From Saccostrea echinata (lineage: Eukaryota), in NCBI RefSeq assembly GCF_033153115.1, contig NW_026889778.1:8184001-8248000 (forward strand): DNA of 64,000 nt, read 5' to 3'. Positions within the stretch are counted from its first letter, which is position 1. Every line of letters starts with the position of its first letter. Positions 37,340 to 49,892 of the stretch are shown here, piece after piece. The notes beneath the pieces were generated by a model that was given only the letters and a program-made list of their open reading frames with translations, had not been told where the DNA came from and did not search any database. The position numbers and the translations under genes were made by a program.

Positions 37340-38135
37340 ATCTATCATAATGCTGACATTCTTATACCAGATACTTTTCATCTGTCCTTCCCCTTAAATT
37401 GCTTCATTCATCCAAATTATCACGATATCCAAGTTGAGTTCTTCCATTATAAGGCACATAAATGTATTTACGTTTCATATCCTTGTCAACTACTTTGAAG
37501 AGTCTTATTTTACATATTCTAGAATGTAAAGATTTCTGGAAAAATACCACACTCCAGTCCTTTACGAAAAACTGTAATATTACAGTTTTCTGTACGATTT
37601 TATATTACAATTTTTCATAATATACATGTAACTATATTATGAAAAATATTTCGGAATAATATTATGGAAAACTTTAATATAGATAATGTTGTGCAAATAT
37701 TAAATGAATCCTTACAAATGCTATATTATGAAATATTTTTGCTCCAAACTTCTGTTTTAATTGTTTTTATGGTGCAGGGTAAGAAATAGTCCAAAATTAT
37801 TGCTTATTAATTTTCACTTTCTTTGACATTGGGATTGGCAGTAATTTTCCTGTATAGTTTCAGGTCGACACAGTGACCTGATACTGGTCTATCACTATCT
37901 ACCATCGGCTCATACATTCACCTCTGTAGTAGGCTCGCGTATATCACAGTGGTTAGTAAGAGAAATAGTGCATTTGTTTTAATTCATTATAATTAAATAT
38001 CTGAGCTAATGATAGTCCTTAAAGATAGATATTTACTAAATAGATATAAAACTATCACTTTAATTTGAAATAATCCTTGAAATGTAATGTTTTTTACATT
38101 ACGTCAAAAATCTTTACGCGAGCCCATTGCAGAGG

Positions 38136-38442
38136 GTCGCCCGCGTGGCGCAGTGGTTAGAGCGTCTGCTCTAGAGTCGCGAAGTATAAGGAGTTGATCC
38201 TTACGTCGCGGGTTCGAATCCCACTGTGGGACGTGGAGACCGGTCCTTCGGATGAGACCGTATAAACCGAGGTCCCGTGTCGCAGTAGGTGCTGGCATGA
38301 TAAAGATCCCTCACTGCTCAATGGCCGTAAGTGCCGAGCATAGGACAAAAAAAATTTGCAGCTCTCCACCGGCAAGTGGTGGCGTCTCCATATGAGTGAA
38401 AAATTCTCGAGAGGGACGTTAAACAACATACAAACAAACAAA
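38136..38442 (+). mobile_element. tRNA-derived SINE (Deu/Nin-domain type), full length, with 11-bp target-site duplication
   Basis: A box TGGCGCAGTGG, B box GGTTCGAATCC, central GGATGAGACCGTATAAACCGAGGTCCC...TAAAGATCCC, (CAAA)n tail. TSD CATTGCAGAGG at 38125-38135 and 38443-38453. Confidence 0.9.
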
Positions 38443-40167
38443 CATTGCAGAGGTGTCTGAGAGAGGAACGAACGACAACTCTGCATAGGAGATTGCTGGT
38501 CTATAGCTATGTCTCCGTCCTTCCTAGTTTTGTACCAAACGTTTTTGGGCCTACGAACTGAACGAAGAATTTAAAACAAAAAGAAAACGAAACATTTAAC
38601 ATGCCTGACTCATTGCACATCTGTTAAAACATAATTTACATTAATGAAATGCTTCACACAATATGTCTTTCCTTTAACAGTTTGATACATTTTTATCGAG
38701 GTGGATTAGATGTATAGCTTAATTTACTAAATTATTATCCAATGTATTCACCATAAAAATAAACCAGGTAGTTCTTATAAAATCTACGAACTTTCCGTTA
38801 GTAAAAGAGATTTCACAATCATGTTGAGTATACGTATGATTTTAGATCAACACTATATTGATTAAGCACAGATAAATCACTTACTTCTCTTCTTCTGTTA
38901 ACAGGAAATGGCCCGGAACAAGGCGATCTCAACACGTTACAGTGCACACAAAAGTCTTAGTCAATGAAAAATTACCAAGCTATAATTTATACGTTAGCTC
39001 ACATAAGGAAAGTATTTGCTAGTCCATTTTCGTTTATTAAGTCGTTTTATTCATTATTTATCAAGGTGAACTATTTATCAAACCTTTCGAAAGTTTAGTA
39101 AATAATATATCCTTTCACCACGATTACAAAATATCTGGGCCTCGGACACCTTTCATACGGAAGCTCTGAGGGACATTAAATGTATAGGATTTAAACATAT
39201 GACCAGTCGAAACACAGCTCTAGGACACAACACAGGAATTTAATGACCAGTTTGTATTGTGATGCATAAAATTTTGGAAATAAAATTCGCCATTTCTTGT
39301 AGAGTAAAAATTATTTTACACACTGTCGCGAAGGTAATGCAATATGGACGCAATTCAATATTGAGGACAAGGAAGGAAAATTACTGCAAGAAAATGATTT
39401 TGCATTTTGTGCATGTGAGATTAAAACTATAGATAATGTAATTATAATACCAAAGATTTTTAAACAATTTCCTGAGCGGCTCTATTAAAATGCATGCTTC
39501 TTGGTGCTATTTACACTGTACTGGGATCAATGGAGAGAGAGAGAGAGAGAAATTTTGTTTAATTCCATAGCTAGTGAATATTGGCTCTGTGGTCTTCCTT
39601 CTACAACGTAATATAATATGACATATTATATGTTCTTCCACAATTATCCGCCTGATGCTGTATGTGTCTTTTTGGTCCTAAAATGTTGAATTATGTTGCA
39701 TACTAGAATTCGACTAAAGAATCCACTAGAGTTTTGAAGACGCAAATCATTTATGAACCAGAAATTGAGCAATGCGTTATAATTAAATTTTATCTAGACT
39801 TGTATAATGTCCGTATATGCTGGTCTTTTGAATCTCTTTGTGCTGGTCAACATACCAGGTATCTGTTACAGCATAGCTCTAGATACCTGTTTTATTTTTT
39901 TTTCGATCTAAATTAAAATATATACTAATCATACAAAGGGGTAAAAATGTTGCTCAATAAAATTAATGGTGTCAACTGAAACAGAAACTGGCAAAAAAAA
40001 AAAAACTGTTTAAAGACCAACACAATTTTCTAAAGGAAAATTAAAACTTCATGGAAATTACGAGGTAGAATTGTTAAAGTATGACAAATACAATGTCAAA
40101 AACGGAAGTAAACCAGATAATTCAGAATGATTGCAGAGAGAGAGAGAGAGAGTTAATCAGCGCAAAA

Positions 40168-40552
40168 AAATCTTATCCAGGTCCAATCAATGGTGTACGG
40201 GGATTTACCCCGGGTTTCATTCCATACACCCTGAGGCCAAAGGGTGTATGGAATACAACCCGGGGTAAATCCTCGTACACCCTGGAATGGACCTGGATAA
40301 GGAATTTCTTTCCTATGTACCGAAATAAATTCTTTGTAAACAAGTCCAAACAACTGTGTTTCAAGCTATCGATAAGATTTACTACGTCCTACAATGCATC
40401 GTGACGTCATGTTATTTGCTTTTTATCATATAGAGAAACTATGCATTGTGACGTAACGTTTTTTACCCCCGGCTTAAGTCGGGTGTACGAAAATTTACAC
40501 CCGGCCTAGTAACCAATCAAAGCTCGTGTTACAAGCTACATAGGAAATAAAG
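40168..40552. mobile_element. ~385-bp insertion beginning with a ~140-bp palindrome (non-autonomous DNA element)
   Basis: CTTATCCAGGTCCA...TGGACCTGGATAAG hairpin at 40165-40308. The segment is absent at the paralogous position (~59950-59960) of the GPCR duplication. Confidence 0.7.
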
Positions 40553-42090
40553 GTTTTTATTTTGTAATCTATAGGCTGATTATTGTAATCGCTGATAATA
40601 CAAATACAAGTCGTCAATTTGGTTCTAGTGTCCACAATCCTCAATTTGATTTTAATATAAGCAACAGAGTTTGTATTACACAGTTTTCCCATATGTGTTC
40701 GTCTACACTTCATTTATATTTTCAAATAAAACTAGACTGACCAATTCGCAATCTTGAGCGCTGCCTCCATAGTCAAAAGTTGTAAGTTTGCGCCTAAGCT
40801 GCGACAAACCGAAGTCGATTAAAAAGGTACAAACTTTACTGTTCCTCTTCCAAAAAACTCGGCACTACTGATGTGAACGATTAAAGGTCTATTGAATAAA
40901 GCCCTGAAAATTGGGGGTGAGAATTGGGTGGGGTTCAAGACTGGCGTTGGCATGACACAATGCTAAGAACCCTTACTGATTAATTGCCCTGAGATCTGAG
41001 TAAAGGTCTAAAATTAAAGCCTTTTTCTGGCATCTGGTAATGTCTCATAGTGAAACATTAAACAACAAAACAATTAATGGAGGACACGAATTCTGTGTGA
41101 AGCAACATTCTGGAAATGGAATAAATCCTGAATCTCATCGTATATAGTTAAACTGGATGTGTATTTCAAACTTCATAGATTAAACAATTAAGGAAAAACA
41201 AACAATGAGTTTTTCTTACATTTAAAGAATAGAAAAACATTTTCTGGTAAATTAATAGAACTTACTGGTAAAGTGTAATATGATATGCTAAATGAAATTT
41301 TTCAGGTAGACTTGCATTAATTTTTCTTTTATTTTTGCTTTATAACACGAAGGTAACCAAAGAAAAAAAACAACAACGATGCAGCTGTGAATCCAAAACT
41401 TTAATCAACGCATGGATGGCTAAATAATGAGTTAACTTTTCATATATTTCAACATTTTATGACTGATAACAAGGAAATATTAATCGCAACTAAAGCATTG
41501 AAAGTTTGTAACAAATCTGCGGTAACTTTGTATATATATCTTCCGACAACCCTCATTGTATAAGTAAAGAATTAATACAATGCTTAAATGAGATGCTATT
41601 TGATTTTAAGAAAAGATTTCATTAATCTAAAGGAATTGTCCATATTTCTTTTTTATGGTTTATCTTCCTGGAGATTCAAAAGATGCCATAAATTAATAGG
41701 ACCACCTAATTTAATTTGAAAGAGACATTATTTTTTCTTCCCTTACAATAACAAGGACATTATTGCAACTTTACGAAAACTGGGCCATAAATTCACTTTA
41801 AAAACTGTACTAGAGGATGAAAAATTAATTAAAAACAGGAAAAAAAACAGCTTGATTTTAAAATAAAATAACACGAACATAGCTAAAAATTAAAAAAAAA
41901 AAATCAACATTTTTAAATACTTTTCAGCATACAATTGATTTGAAATTTATGAGATCGGTTTTTTGAAGGCAAATGTTTTCTATATCAAAACAATTTCAAT
42001 TATTTCAAAATCAAAGCCAATTACTCTACATTGATAACATCAGTAATATATGTCTTTAACAATTAACAGTGTGCTTTAACAGAAATAAGA

Positions 42091-43302
42091 CTATATAATG
42101 TTGAACTTTTTCGTGTTTCTTCTCTTACAACAAATGAGAAGCTGATTTCTGAATTTTGTATCAAAATAACCGTAAATAAAAGGGTTGATAATTTGATTTA
42201 GAAACACAAATCGTGAAAAATAAAGCCATGCAAGAGTCTGATCTTCTGAAAGGTTTATGAAATTAAAATCTTCAATTGTGTACACAAGAATCAAAATGAC
42301 AAGAGGTGGAATGTAAGAAAAGACATAAGCAAGTATTATAACGAAAAACATCCACGTCACTCTTCTCTGCACGGACGCCATTTTTGTGCTTGACTTTTTA
42401 TTTGCTGTGCTTTTACGATCACCCACGTTTGTTTCAACTCCAATTTCAGAGACATTGTTTGGTGATTTAAGAACAGTTTCTTGGACATTATTTGATGGAA
42501 TGTCCAATTTTCTCTCGCATTGTATTACTTGTGCACCTTTTGCCTCGTTTGTACTGTCTGTGAAACTATTCTCTGCTTCAGTTGTTTGCGTTGCATATGA
42601 TGATTCCACAATCCCTTCTCTGTAAGCTTCAGTCGTCTTGGATCTTTGAAGGAAGGAACGTCTAACTCGCTTCAAAACGGGAACATATAAACCTGCTGTT
42701 AAAAATAGGTTTACCAGCATGATAAGAGTCAAAAATCCAAAATACAAGGTAATTGTTAGTGACGAGTCAACAGAGAATTTACAAATCTTAATGGTCACAT
42801 TGTGGTTCATGAAAATTTCTGTTGACTCTAAAACACCAGCTGTCCATAGCAGAGGAGCAGAATAAGCCACAGAAATTCCACACACTACTCCAAAGAAAAC
42901 TCTTTTCCAAATGAGAGTCATTTTTGGACCGAAAAGTTTACAAACAAGAAGATATCTCTGAATAGAGATAACCAAAAGTATATGAGCTGACGCTCCAGGA
43001 ACACACGTCTGTAGAAATGAGAGAATTCGACAAGCAGTATCACTCGGGTAATTGAAGAAGAAGGTGTTGTCCATGATATAGAAAGGGGGACTTGTAAAAC
43101 ACGCCACAAGGTCAACGATGGCAAGTAACGGAATAAAATAACGCTCTCCTCTCTCCCTGATGCGAAGAAAGTAGAAAAATATAATGACAGAGTTCCCAGT
43201 GATGCCGATCAAAGCACAAAGAACAATGAAAATGGTGCTGCTGAGATAACTATAGAAATATCTTCGTTGTAATAGCTCCTGGTAATCTGTATCGTTATCC
43301 AT
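42091..43302 (-). CDS. Class A (rhodopsin-like) orphan GPCR, peptide-receptor-like, intronless ORF, copy 1 (403 aa)
   Basis: Seven hydrophobic segments. Motifs: TM1 GITGN, TM2 LAIVD, Cys at the top of TM3, SIQRY (DRY variant), ECL2 Cys, long ICL3, TM6 FSYIP, TM7 NPFIY, helix-8 F-R and C-terminal CC. Confidence 0.95.
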   Translation of the reverse strand: MDNDTDYQELLQRRYFYSYLSSTIFIVLCALIGITGNSVIIFFYFLRIRERGERYFIPLLAIVDLVACFTSPPFYIMDNTFFFNYPSDTACRILSFLQTCVPGASAHILLVISIQRYLLVCKLFGPKMTLIWKRVFFGVVCGISVAYSAPLLWTAGVLESTEIFMNHNVTIKICKFSVDSSLTITLYFGFLTLIMLVNLFLTAGLYVPVLKRVRRSFLQRSKTTEAYREGIVESSYATQTTEAENSFTDSTNEAKGAQVIQCERKLDIPSNNVQETVLKSPNNVSEIGVETNVGDRKSTANKKSSTKMASVQRRVTWMFFVIILAYVFSYIPPLVILILVYTIEDFNFINLSEDQTLAWLYFSRFVFLNQIINPFIYGYFDTKFRNQLLICCKRRNTKKFNII

Positions 43303-45557
43303 TGCTGAAATACAATGCTCATATATGGATTTAAAGCAAACAATATATTTCTTCCTTGTGGTAAATACTTATAATACATGCTCTGACTTAAAGCTACAAT
43401 GTCATTTGTTAAAGTTAGGTGTGTAAGTAATTTCAATAAGTTCAATTTCAATAATTTAAATGAACAACTTGCTAATGCTTCTGAAAGACCCTTTACTAGT
43501 AGATGGATTCATAGGCATGTATGCAGATCAAGTTTATTTATTTTTTTTTAAATATAAATAAATGTATTTTATACATGTTCTTGTTGACCATGTCTGCTTC
43601 TTGTCCAGGTCAAATTTAATCATTCTAATAAATAATTATATTATCTTCAAGAAAAGAATACTTTATATGTTAAAGACGTGTAGTGTATTTAAAGAATAAT
43701 GTAAGAATTGATTTATTTAAACATTGAACTCCTATAGCTACCAGAGTGCAATGAAACAGTTAATAAAAATATTGTGACGTAGACAACATATACTATACGA
43801 TATCCAATTAAATAACGCTTTATAACCAGAAGTAAATCATTGTAACAAAGCAATGGAAGTAATGAATTTGGTTTTTTTTAAATTTATTACTTGTAGATTC
43901 GATGCAAAAGTAAGGAAGGGAAGTTGTGAATGACAAGCTTGTGCTAATTTATAGGGCTGTGCAATAATATCGATATTGCGATTCATTAACAAAAAATGTA
44001 TTGCAATACGTTTTTCCAGTACCGATATACCGGCAAACTGCTGGGCTTTAGATTTCTTAATTAAAATATGGAATTTAATATGTCAGAAACGTTTTCATGC
44101 ATTTGATGCATACATTCATTCATAAATTTCCAATATTTCCCATCTAGTATTGTATACAGCGATATTTTCGCCTGTTTTTTATTCGCCCTCCACATTTGTA
44201 AACACTTTTGCGAAGTTTTAAGTTCGACCAAACACATTTATGTTCAAGCAGAAATATGGGGACATCGAAAAGTATTCAAGCTCAAAGTCCATTCAAACAA
44301 TACAAATCGGGAGCAGAGCAAACACGGACCTCCAAAAGCATAAGAGGAGGGAGACATTTATTTACTATCTTTCTTCAATTCGCCCAGATTTAAAATTGCT
44401 TACTTCTGATGAGGGCAAAGGTGCCAAGTATTTCCCATTCAAACATTATACTGGAAACACACATTCAGGATGGAGGTCTGTTATTTAGATAATTAAGGAT
44501 TATTCTCATTAAAAATTTCCAGTTCGAACAATTTGAAAATGGACTTTATAACTGAATCTTTCCTGTGCATTGTAAAAAAGTTTGCATCTGGTATGCACAT
44601 ATTGAAGACCTTATTTTCGTTCCAAACCTCTCTGAATTTACATCGTCATTTCTTTCATCACTAGTCACTTTGAATTAATTTAAGTATGTCGCCAAGGCTC
44701 GGGAAAAGAAAACACAAATAACTGCATTAAAACCATATCCACCCACAAATAATGGGGGATTCTTTCTATAAAGTTTTACACAAAGTTATATTCTACACTG
44801 TTTAAATAAGTGAATTCGCTTCATTTAAATTAATTAATCACATTCACATAAATACCATTGTGACGTCACCCCTTTAGGAAAACGATATACGCTGCACATA
44901 TTTAGAATGGAGTAAATGTGGAAAATGGCACGTATGATTTCCTTGGTGATGATAATCTGGACGACCTTTAAAAGTATTTAGTGTAAATAAAAATCAATCC
45001 AATTAAGAACATGTTACTAAGCTGGTTAGGAAGAAAACTGAAACATATTATATCATCTTCCTCCATATATTATATAATGCAATGCTTTAACGTTTATCAA
45101 ACATCAATCAATAATGTCTTAATTCTAAATACCTTGGAAGTATTTAAGTGGAATTAAAATTATTTTTTTCATTCTTTCGTTCTGTTTGATGAAGGGTAAG
45201 TTTCCATGTAAATGTAATTTATGTATTTATAACCAAAATGTACTTACGAAGGTTGTTATTTTGTTTTTAAAACACAATAACAATCTCTTACGTGAATGTA
45301 AAATCATAACTCATTAAAATTAAAATCTTCGTTCCGTTTTCAAATATTATAAGCAGCTTCAATGCAATATTCATGAGACAGATCAACGAAAAAGGAAGCA
45401 GATTCGTCTGAAAATTCATTTAAAAATTCTCTTAATCAAAACATACTTATGTTGAGGGCAAGGAATAAAATCAAAATTGGTTTTGAAAGTTTAATTAAAA
45501 AAATAATTGTGCAGGCACGATGAAATTTATCTTTTTACAGTAATCTGGAGAGAAAAA

Positions 45558-48500
45558 ATGACGAGTAATTCAATTTATCCGGAGTCTGTTGTGACAAACT
45601 TTCATCGGTGTGACGAAGCCCAGTCTATTGATTCACTCCAGTCTATAAATTCCATTTCTCAACAATCAGTTCGAAGCATTCGGGAGGTTGTTTTGCAGAA
45701 GGGCAGCAACTATTCCTCTTCAAGAAGAATAGCAAAACACTGGAAAATGATCTTAATTATTTTGATACCTGTATTATCTCTGATGTCTATTGCCACAAGC
45801 AGTCTTTTGAAAGCAGCAAAGGTTAAAGAAGCTTCAATGGATTCCATTCACAAGGTGGAAATTGCACATTTGTATGCAACTTTGATCAAAATGCTACAGA
45901 GAGAGAGGGGAATTTCCTCGACATATTTAAGCACCCCTGGCGACAAGAATTTACTGTTGGGTACCATGCAGAATGCAAGAAAGAGCACAGATCTAGCCTT
46001 TGCCAAAATCCCTTTAAATCATCATGCCATTTACATAAACGGGAGTCCATACGCAATTCTGGAAGTTTATGAAAAAGTTCATTTATCACGGGAGAAGATT
46101 GAAAATGGATCAGTCTCTGTTGAAGATCATCTCCATTTCTACACCAAGATCACTAATGCATTCATGAGCGTCATGTTTGATGGCGTTAATATTCCAGGGG
46201 AGTACGATTGCGTTCTAGACATTGTGGCTTTTTCATCACTTGTAAAATGGACAGATGTAATTGGTCTCTTGCGTGCTAGAATAGCATTCCAGTACGCAAC
46301 TTGTGACTTTACATCAGAGTCATTGCAGAATTATATGTTCCTGACTGGCGAAGCCATGGGTTATAAAAATATTTTCACACATTATAGTCCTGAAATAAAA
46401 TCTGCTTTTTCCACTACATATCAGAGCACAGAAGATTATCTCGAGAAAGTCAGAAGATCGGCTTGGTCTGAATCATTTCTGAACTCGTGTAAAACAAAAC
46501 CGAAAGAAGATCGTTTATCCGTAGGTTTAACATATTTTCAAAATATGACACAATTTATCGATTTTGCTTTTGAGATCCAGCAGTTCAAGTCGAAAATCTT
46601 AACGGGCAAGATGTTAGAAATACGAAAAGACGCCGAATTCCAGTTCAACGTATACCTCACTGTTCAGTTCATTATAACCATTGTAAGCATCATTTTAACA
46701 ATATGGTATATAGTATGTATCGAAAACATGACATTCAAAATTGCTAATAATGCTGTTATAATAAAATCCAAGTCCAAAGAGTTGGCTGCAGAAAAGTCAG
46801 TAACAGAAAGCCTCCAATACCAAATGTTACCGAAGAAAATCGTCATAGCGTTAAAGGAAGCACAAGCGGTTACATCTGAAAACTTTGAATACGTAACCAT
46901 TTTCATCAGCGACATTGTAAATTTTACTGAGATTGGAACAAGGAATTCAGCAAGAGGGATCATCGACTTACTTAATCATTTATATGCGTAAGTCTCAATT
47001 ATGTTTGGATTGGTGTCAATTCTAAAGAAATACCAGTTTCTCCCCAACAGTGCAGAAAATATTTCAAAGCACTCTAACACTTATATTTAGACATATTTCT
47101 CTCCTTTACTGAAACATAGGAACAGGTTTATTGCGTCACAGTGTTCTTGTCTTAAAACCTCTGATTTCTTAAAAAAAATATCCACTATCTATCAATAAAC
47201 ATGTAGGGAAATTACCTTTCTTTTGCTTTCATAAAAAATAGGGTATATTTTAGTTTAATTTTAAATTTTAATCTTTTTAAAGGTTATTTGACAAACAGAC
47301 AAAGAAGTACGAGGTCCTCAAAATAGAGACCATGGGAGACTCCTACATGGTAGCTAGTGGAGTTCCGGATCAAAATGGCATAGCACATGCTTTCCATATT
47401 TGCAAGTTTGCCCTTGACATTCATAACATTATGAAAGGATATCGTGTTCCAACAACATTTGAAAGAAAAGAATCAATTAAAATTCGTATTGGAATTCATT
47501 CAGGTATGGTATTCATTAAAAATTATATTTTTTGTTTTGATATAGTTGCTTCAAGTACAAAAGCTATTGTTTGTCATTTCTGAATTAACATGTTTCTCCT
47601 TTTGGATTATCTACAGTAACTTTCAAACAAAATGAAGCTAATACATATAGATAACTTTTTTTTAATATTTACTTTTAATTTTACATATAGGTCCCTGTAC
47701 AGCTGGAGTCCTTGGTCTGAAGATGCCAAGATATTGTTTATTCGGACAAACAGTTAACACGGCGAAAACATTAAAATCTACCGGAAGAGGTTTGTGAAAT
47801 TTTCAGTTGTTGAGAGAAGAAACTGATATGTTCCTCTTAAGATAATTTGTTTTGATGAATTAGACAAGTAGATAATGTACAATGTAGACAATAATACCTT
47901 ATTCTTGTCGGTTGCAGTCGCTTGTTTAATGATTTCATTTTATGCCTTTCTGCAGGAGGTAAAATTCATATAAGCAACAGTACGTACCAAATGATTAAAG
48001 ATTCTGGACATTTTGCAGTTTTGGAAAGAGGGAATGTCATGATCAAAGTAAGAAAAATTTAAATCCTGATAAAAATACACCTGCATTAGTTGACATGAAG
48101 TTGGTTACGTGAACAGACTCTCTTGCAATACATAAGTATGGAAGCTCAGTAAGAACACAAATCAAAATATAAATATATAAAATGTATAATATATATTATT
48201 TCAAGTTTCATTGGATATAACAGTTGGTACGTGACGTCATATCCCAATGAAACGCTAAAATGGATATCATATTTCTTACGTAACTTCCTTTTTGTTTCAA
48301 TTTTTGAGTTACAAATCATTTCAATAGCTTTGGTTTTTTTTTGCTCATCATTGAATCGAACATTACCATCGGCATTAAAAAATGCCCTTTGCTTACTGGC
48401 CAATATTTTTAAGCTGGTTATTAAGGGGCGAGTCAAATCAAAGATAATTGGCTATGAATAGAAGATCTGCAGATAAGGATAGCATGGGTGCAGTTATTAG

Positions 48501-49892
48501 TAACTGTTCTACCTACTGGAATTTGATTGCACGGTGCTTTGTCATTTTTTTTTTTTTTGAGAAACCCCTGTATAATAGTATAATACATCTTTACCTGATG
48601 TCGAGTATATGTTGTTTGCTTTTAATCAATCAGCTGCCAGGGGGACAGCGAATGAAAGAGATTAATATTAGAATAGAGCGAAGGATAGTTCCGAAAAGAT
48701 ACACCTTTCTGAGATGATTCATATTTTGAGTGGAAGAACATAAAAGAAATAAGCAATGTTGTTAATATGGTGTGTTTATATCTATCCAATAGATTTTTTA
48801 AAATGTATATATTAAAACAAAACGATGGAAATATCTTATGCTTTAATTAAGGATTGTTTTTGCCTCAAATTTTGTCTATGCAGAGTGAGCTGGTGTACAG
48901 TACAAACCAAAAGGACAAAAATTTTCTAAAACTTTGCTCAATTGTAGACCTATCGTTACATATGTAGACGAATTTTGTTGGAACAAATATGTTATGAAAT
49001 ACTTTTTGCATCAATAAAAAATACAATGCGCTTTAAGATTTTAAACAATGAGTTTAACAATATGCATTAATACTTCAATCATTAATGATGTCACATGTAA
49101 GTTGTTTGTTGTCTAGCATATGAACCGGTGCGGAAACTTTCCTTTATATGCATAAGTTCATCAATTCCCAGGATATGTATCATTATTTATCAGAATCCTT
49201 TACAAAATGTCTACAGAGTTTAAATTTTGAATTTTTCCCCATTACTTTGATCTTGTTTGTTTTTGTTTTGAACATATTTTATTGATTAAATCAAAAGAAT
49301 TGGAAACAAGTTCTAAAATAACTTACTAGTTCCTCTCCTTATATAATACAATATGTCATGCAAATTAAAGAAAAGTAATACAAATGATACAAATAAAATT
49401 TAACATATCAACTAAGAAAATCTACATGTTTCATCAATAAATTTATGAACAGCAGCAAAAATACTAATATTATCTGTAAATGCAAATTTTCATCACCACA
49501 TAGTAATAGGTTTAAATCAAAAGTGACCAATTCAAGCATGAACAAGCGATTGAAAAGAGTATTTCTAGCATTGGAATAATTTTTGCATGCATAAGAGAAA
49601 TGGTACACATCCTCGCGTTTTCCGCATGAACACGAATGACTATTAATAATATTTCGTTTACATAAATCATAGTTTAGTATACAATAATGTCTTAGCTTAG
49701 TATGAATGATATTGGTATATCTTGTTTGTCATTTTTCTTATTGAAGAAAAAAATTAATTTTTCAGTGCTATATATTCTATCTCAGTGTTTAAAACAATTT
49801 AAATAATTTTTTTTTTATTTCAGGGTAATGGGGCAATAAAGACGTACTGGCTGGACACAGCAGTTCAAATATCAAGACCTAGTTATAATTGA
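45558..49892 (+). CDS. NIT-domain (nitrate/nitrite-sensing) transmembrane guanylyl cyclase, ~636 aa
   Basis: Exons 45558-46987, 47283-47503, 47691-47789, 47956-48047 and 49824-49892 join in frame by GT-AG. Domain order: TM1 ([16 protein letters not shown]), NIT signature [10 protein letters not shown]2 ([22 protein letters not shown]), coiled coil ([14 protein letters not shown]), cyclase domain ([52 protein letters not shown]). An in-frame upstream ATG at 45189 is possible via a donor at 45195/45196 and the acceptor at 45540. Confidence 0.92.
49405..49730 (-). mobile_element. 3' fragment of a CR1/L2-type LINE ORF2, antisense in the last NIT-GC intron
   Basis: Minus strand reads IHTKLRH...LNYDL...[23 protein letters not shown]...LLLCG, the CxC...E-D-x-x-H-F-x-x-x-C C-terminus typical of these LINEs. 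Confidence 0.65.

Noticed and set aside
38136-38230. Functional tRNA gene
   Set aside because: It has A and B boxes but continues into a SINE body with a (CAAA)n tail and TSD, and I could not form a clean cloverleaf.
42386-43124. Short ORFs overlapping the GPCRs (also 61126-61867), conserved in both copies
   Set aside because: Their conservation is explained by the recent duplication of the GPCR ORF.
45507-46991. Bacterial contamination or recent horizontal transfer of a NIT sensor
   Set aside because: The gene has spliceosomal introns in the cyclase domain, animal-type GC motifs and host-like composition. NIT-GCs are an established animal family.
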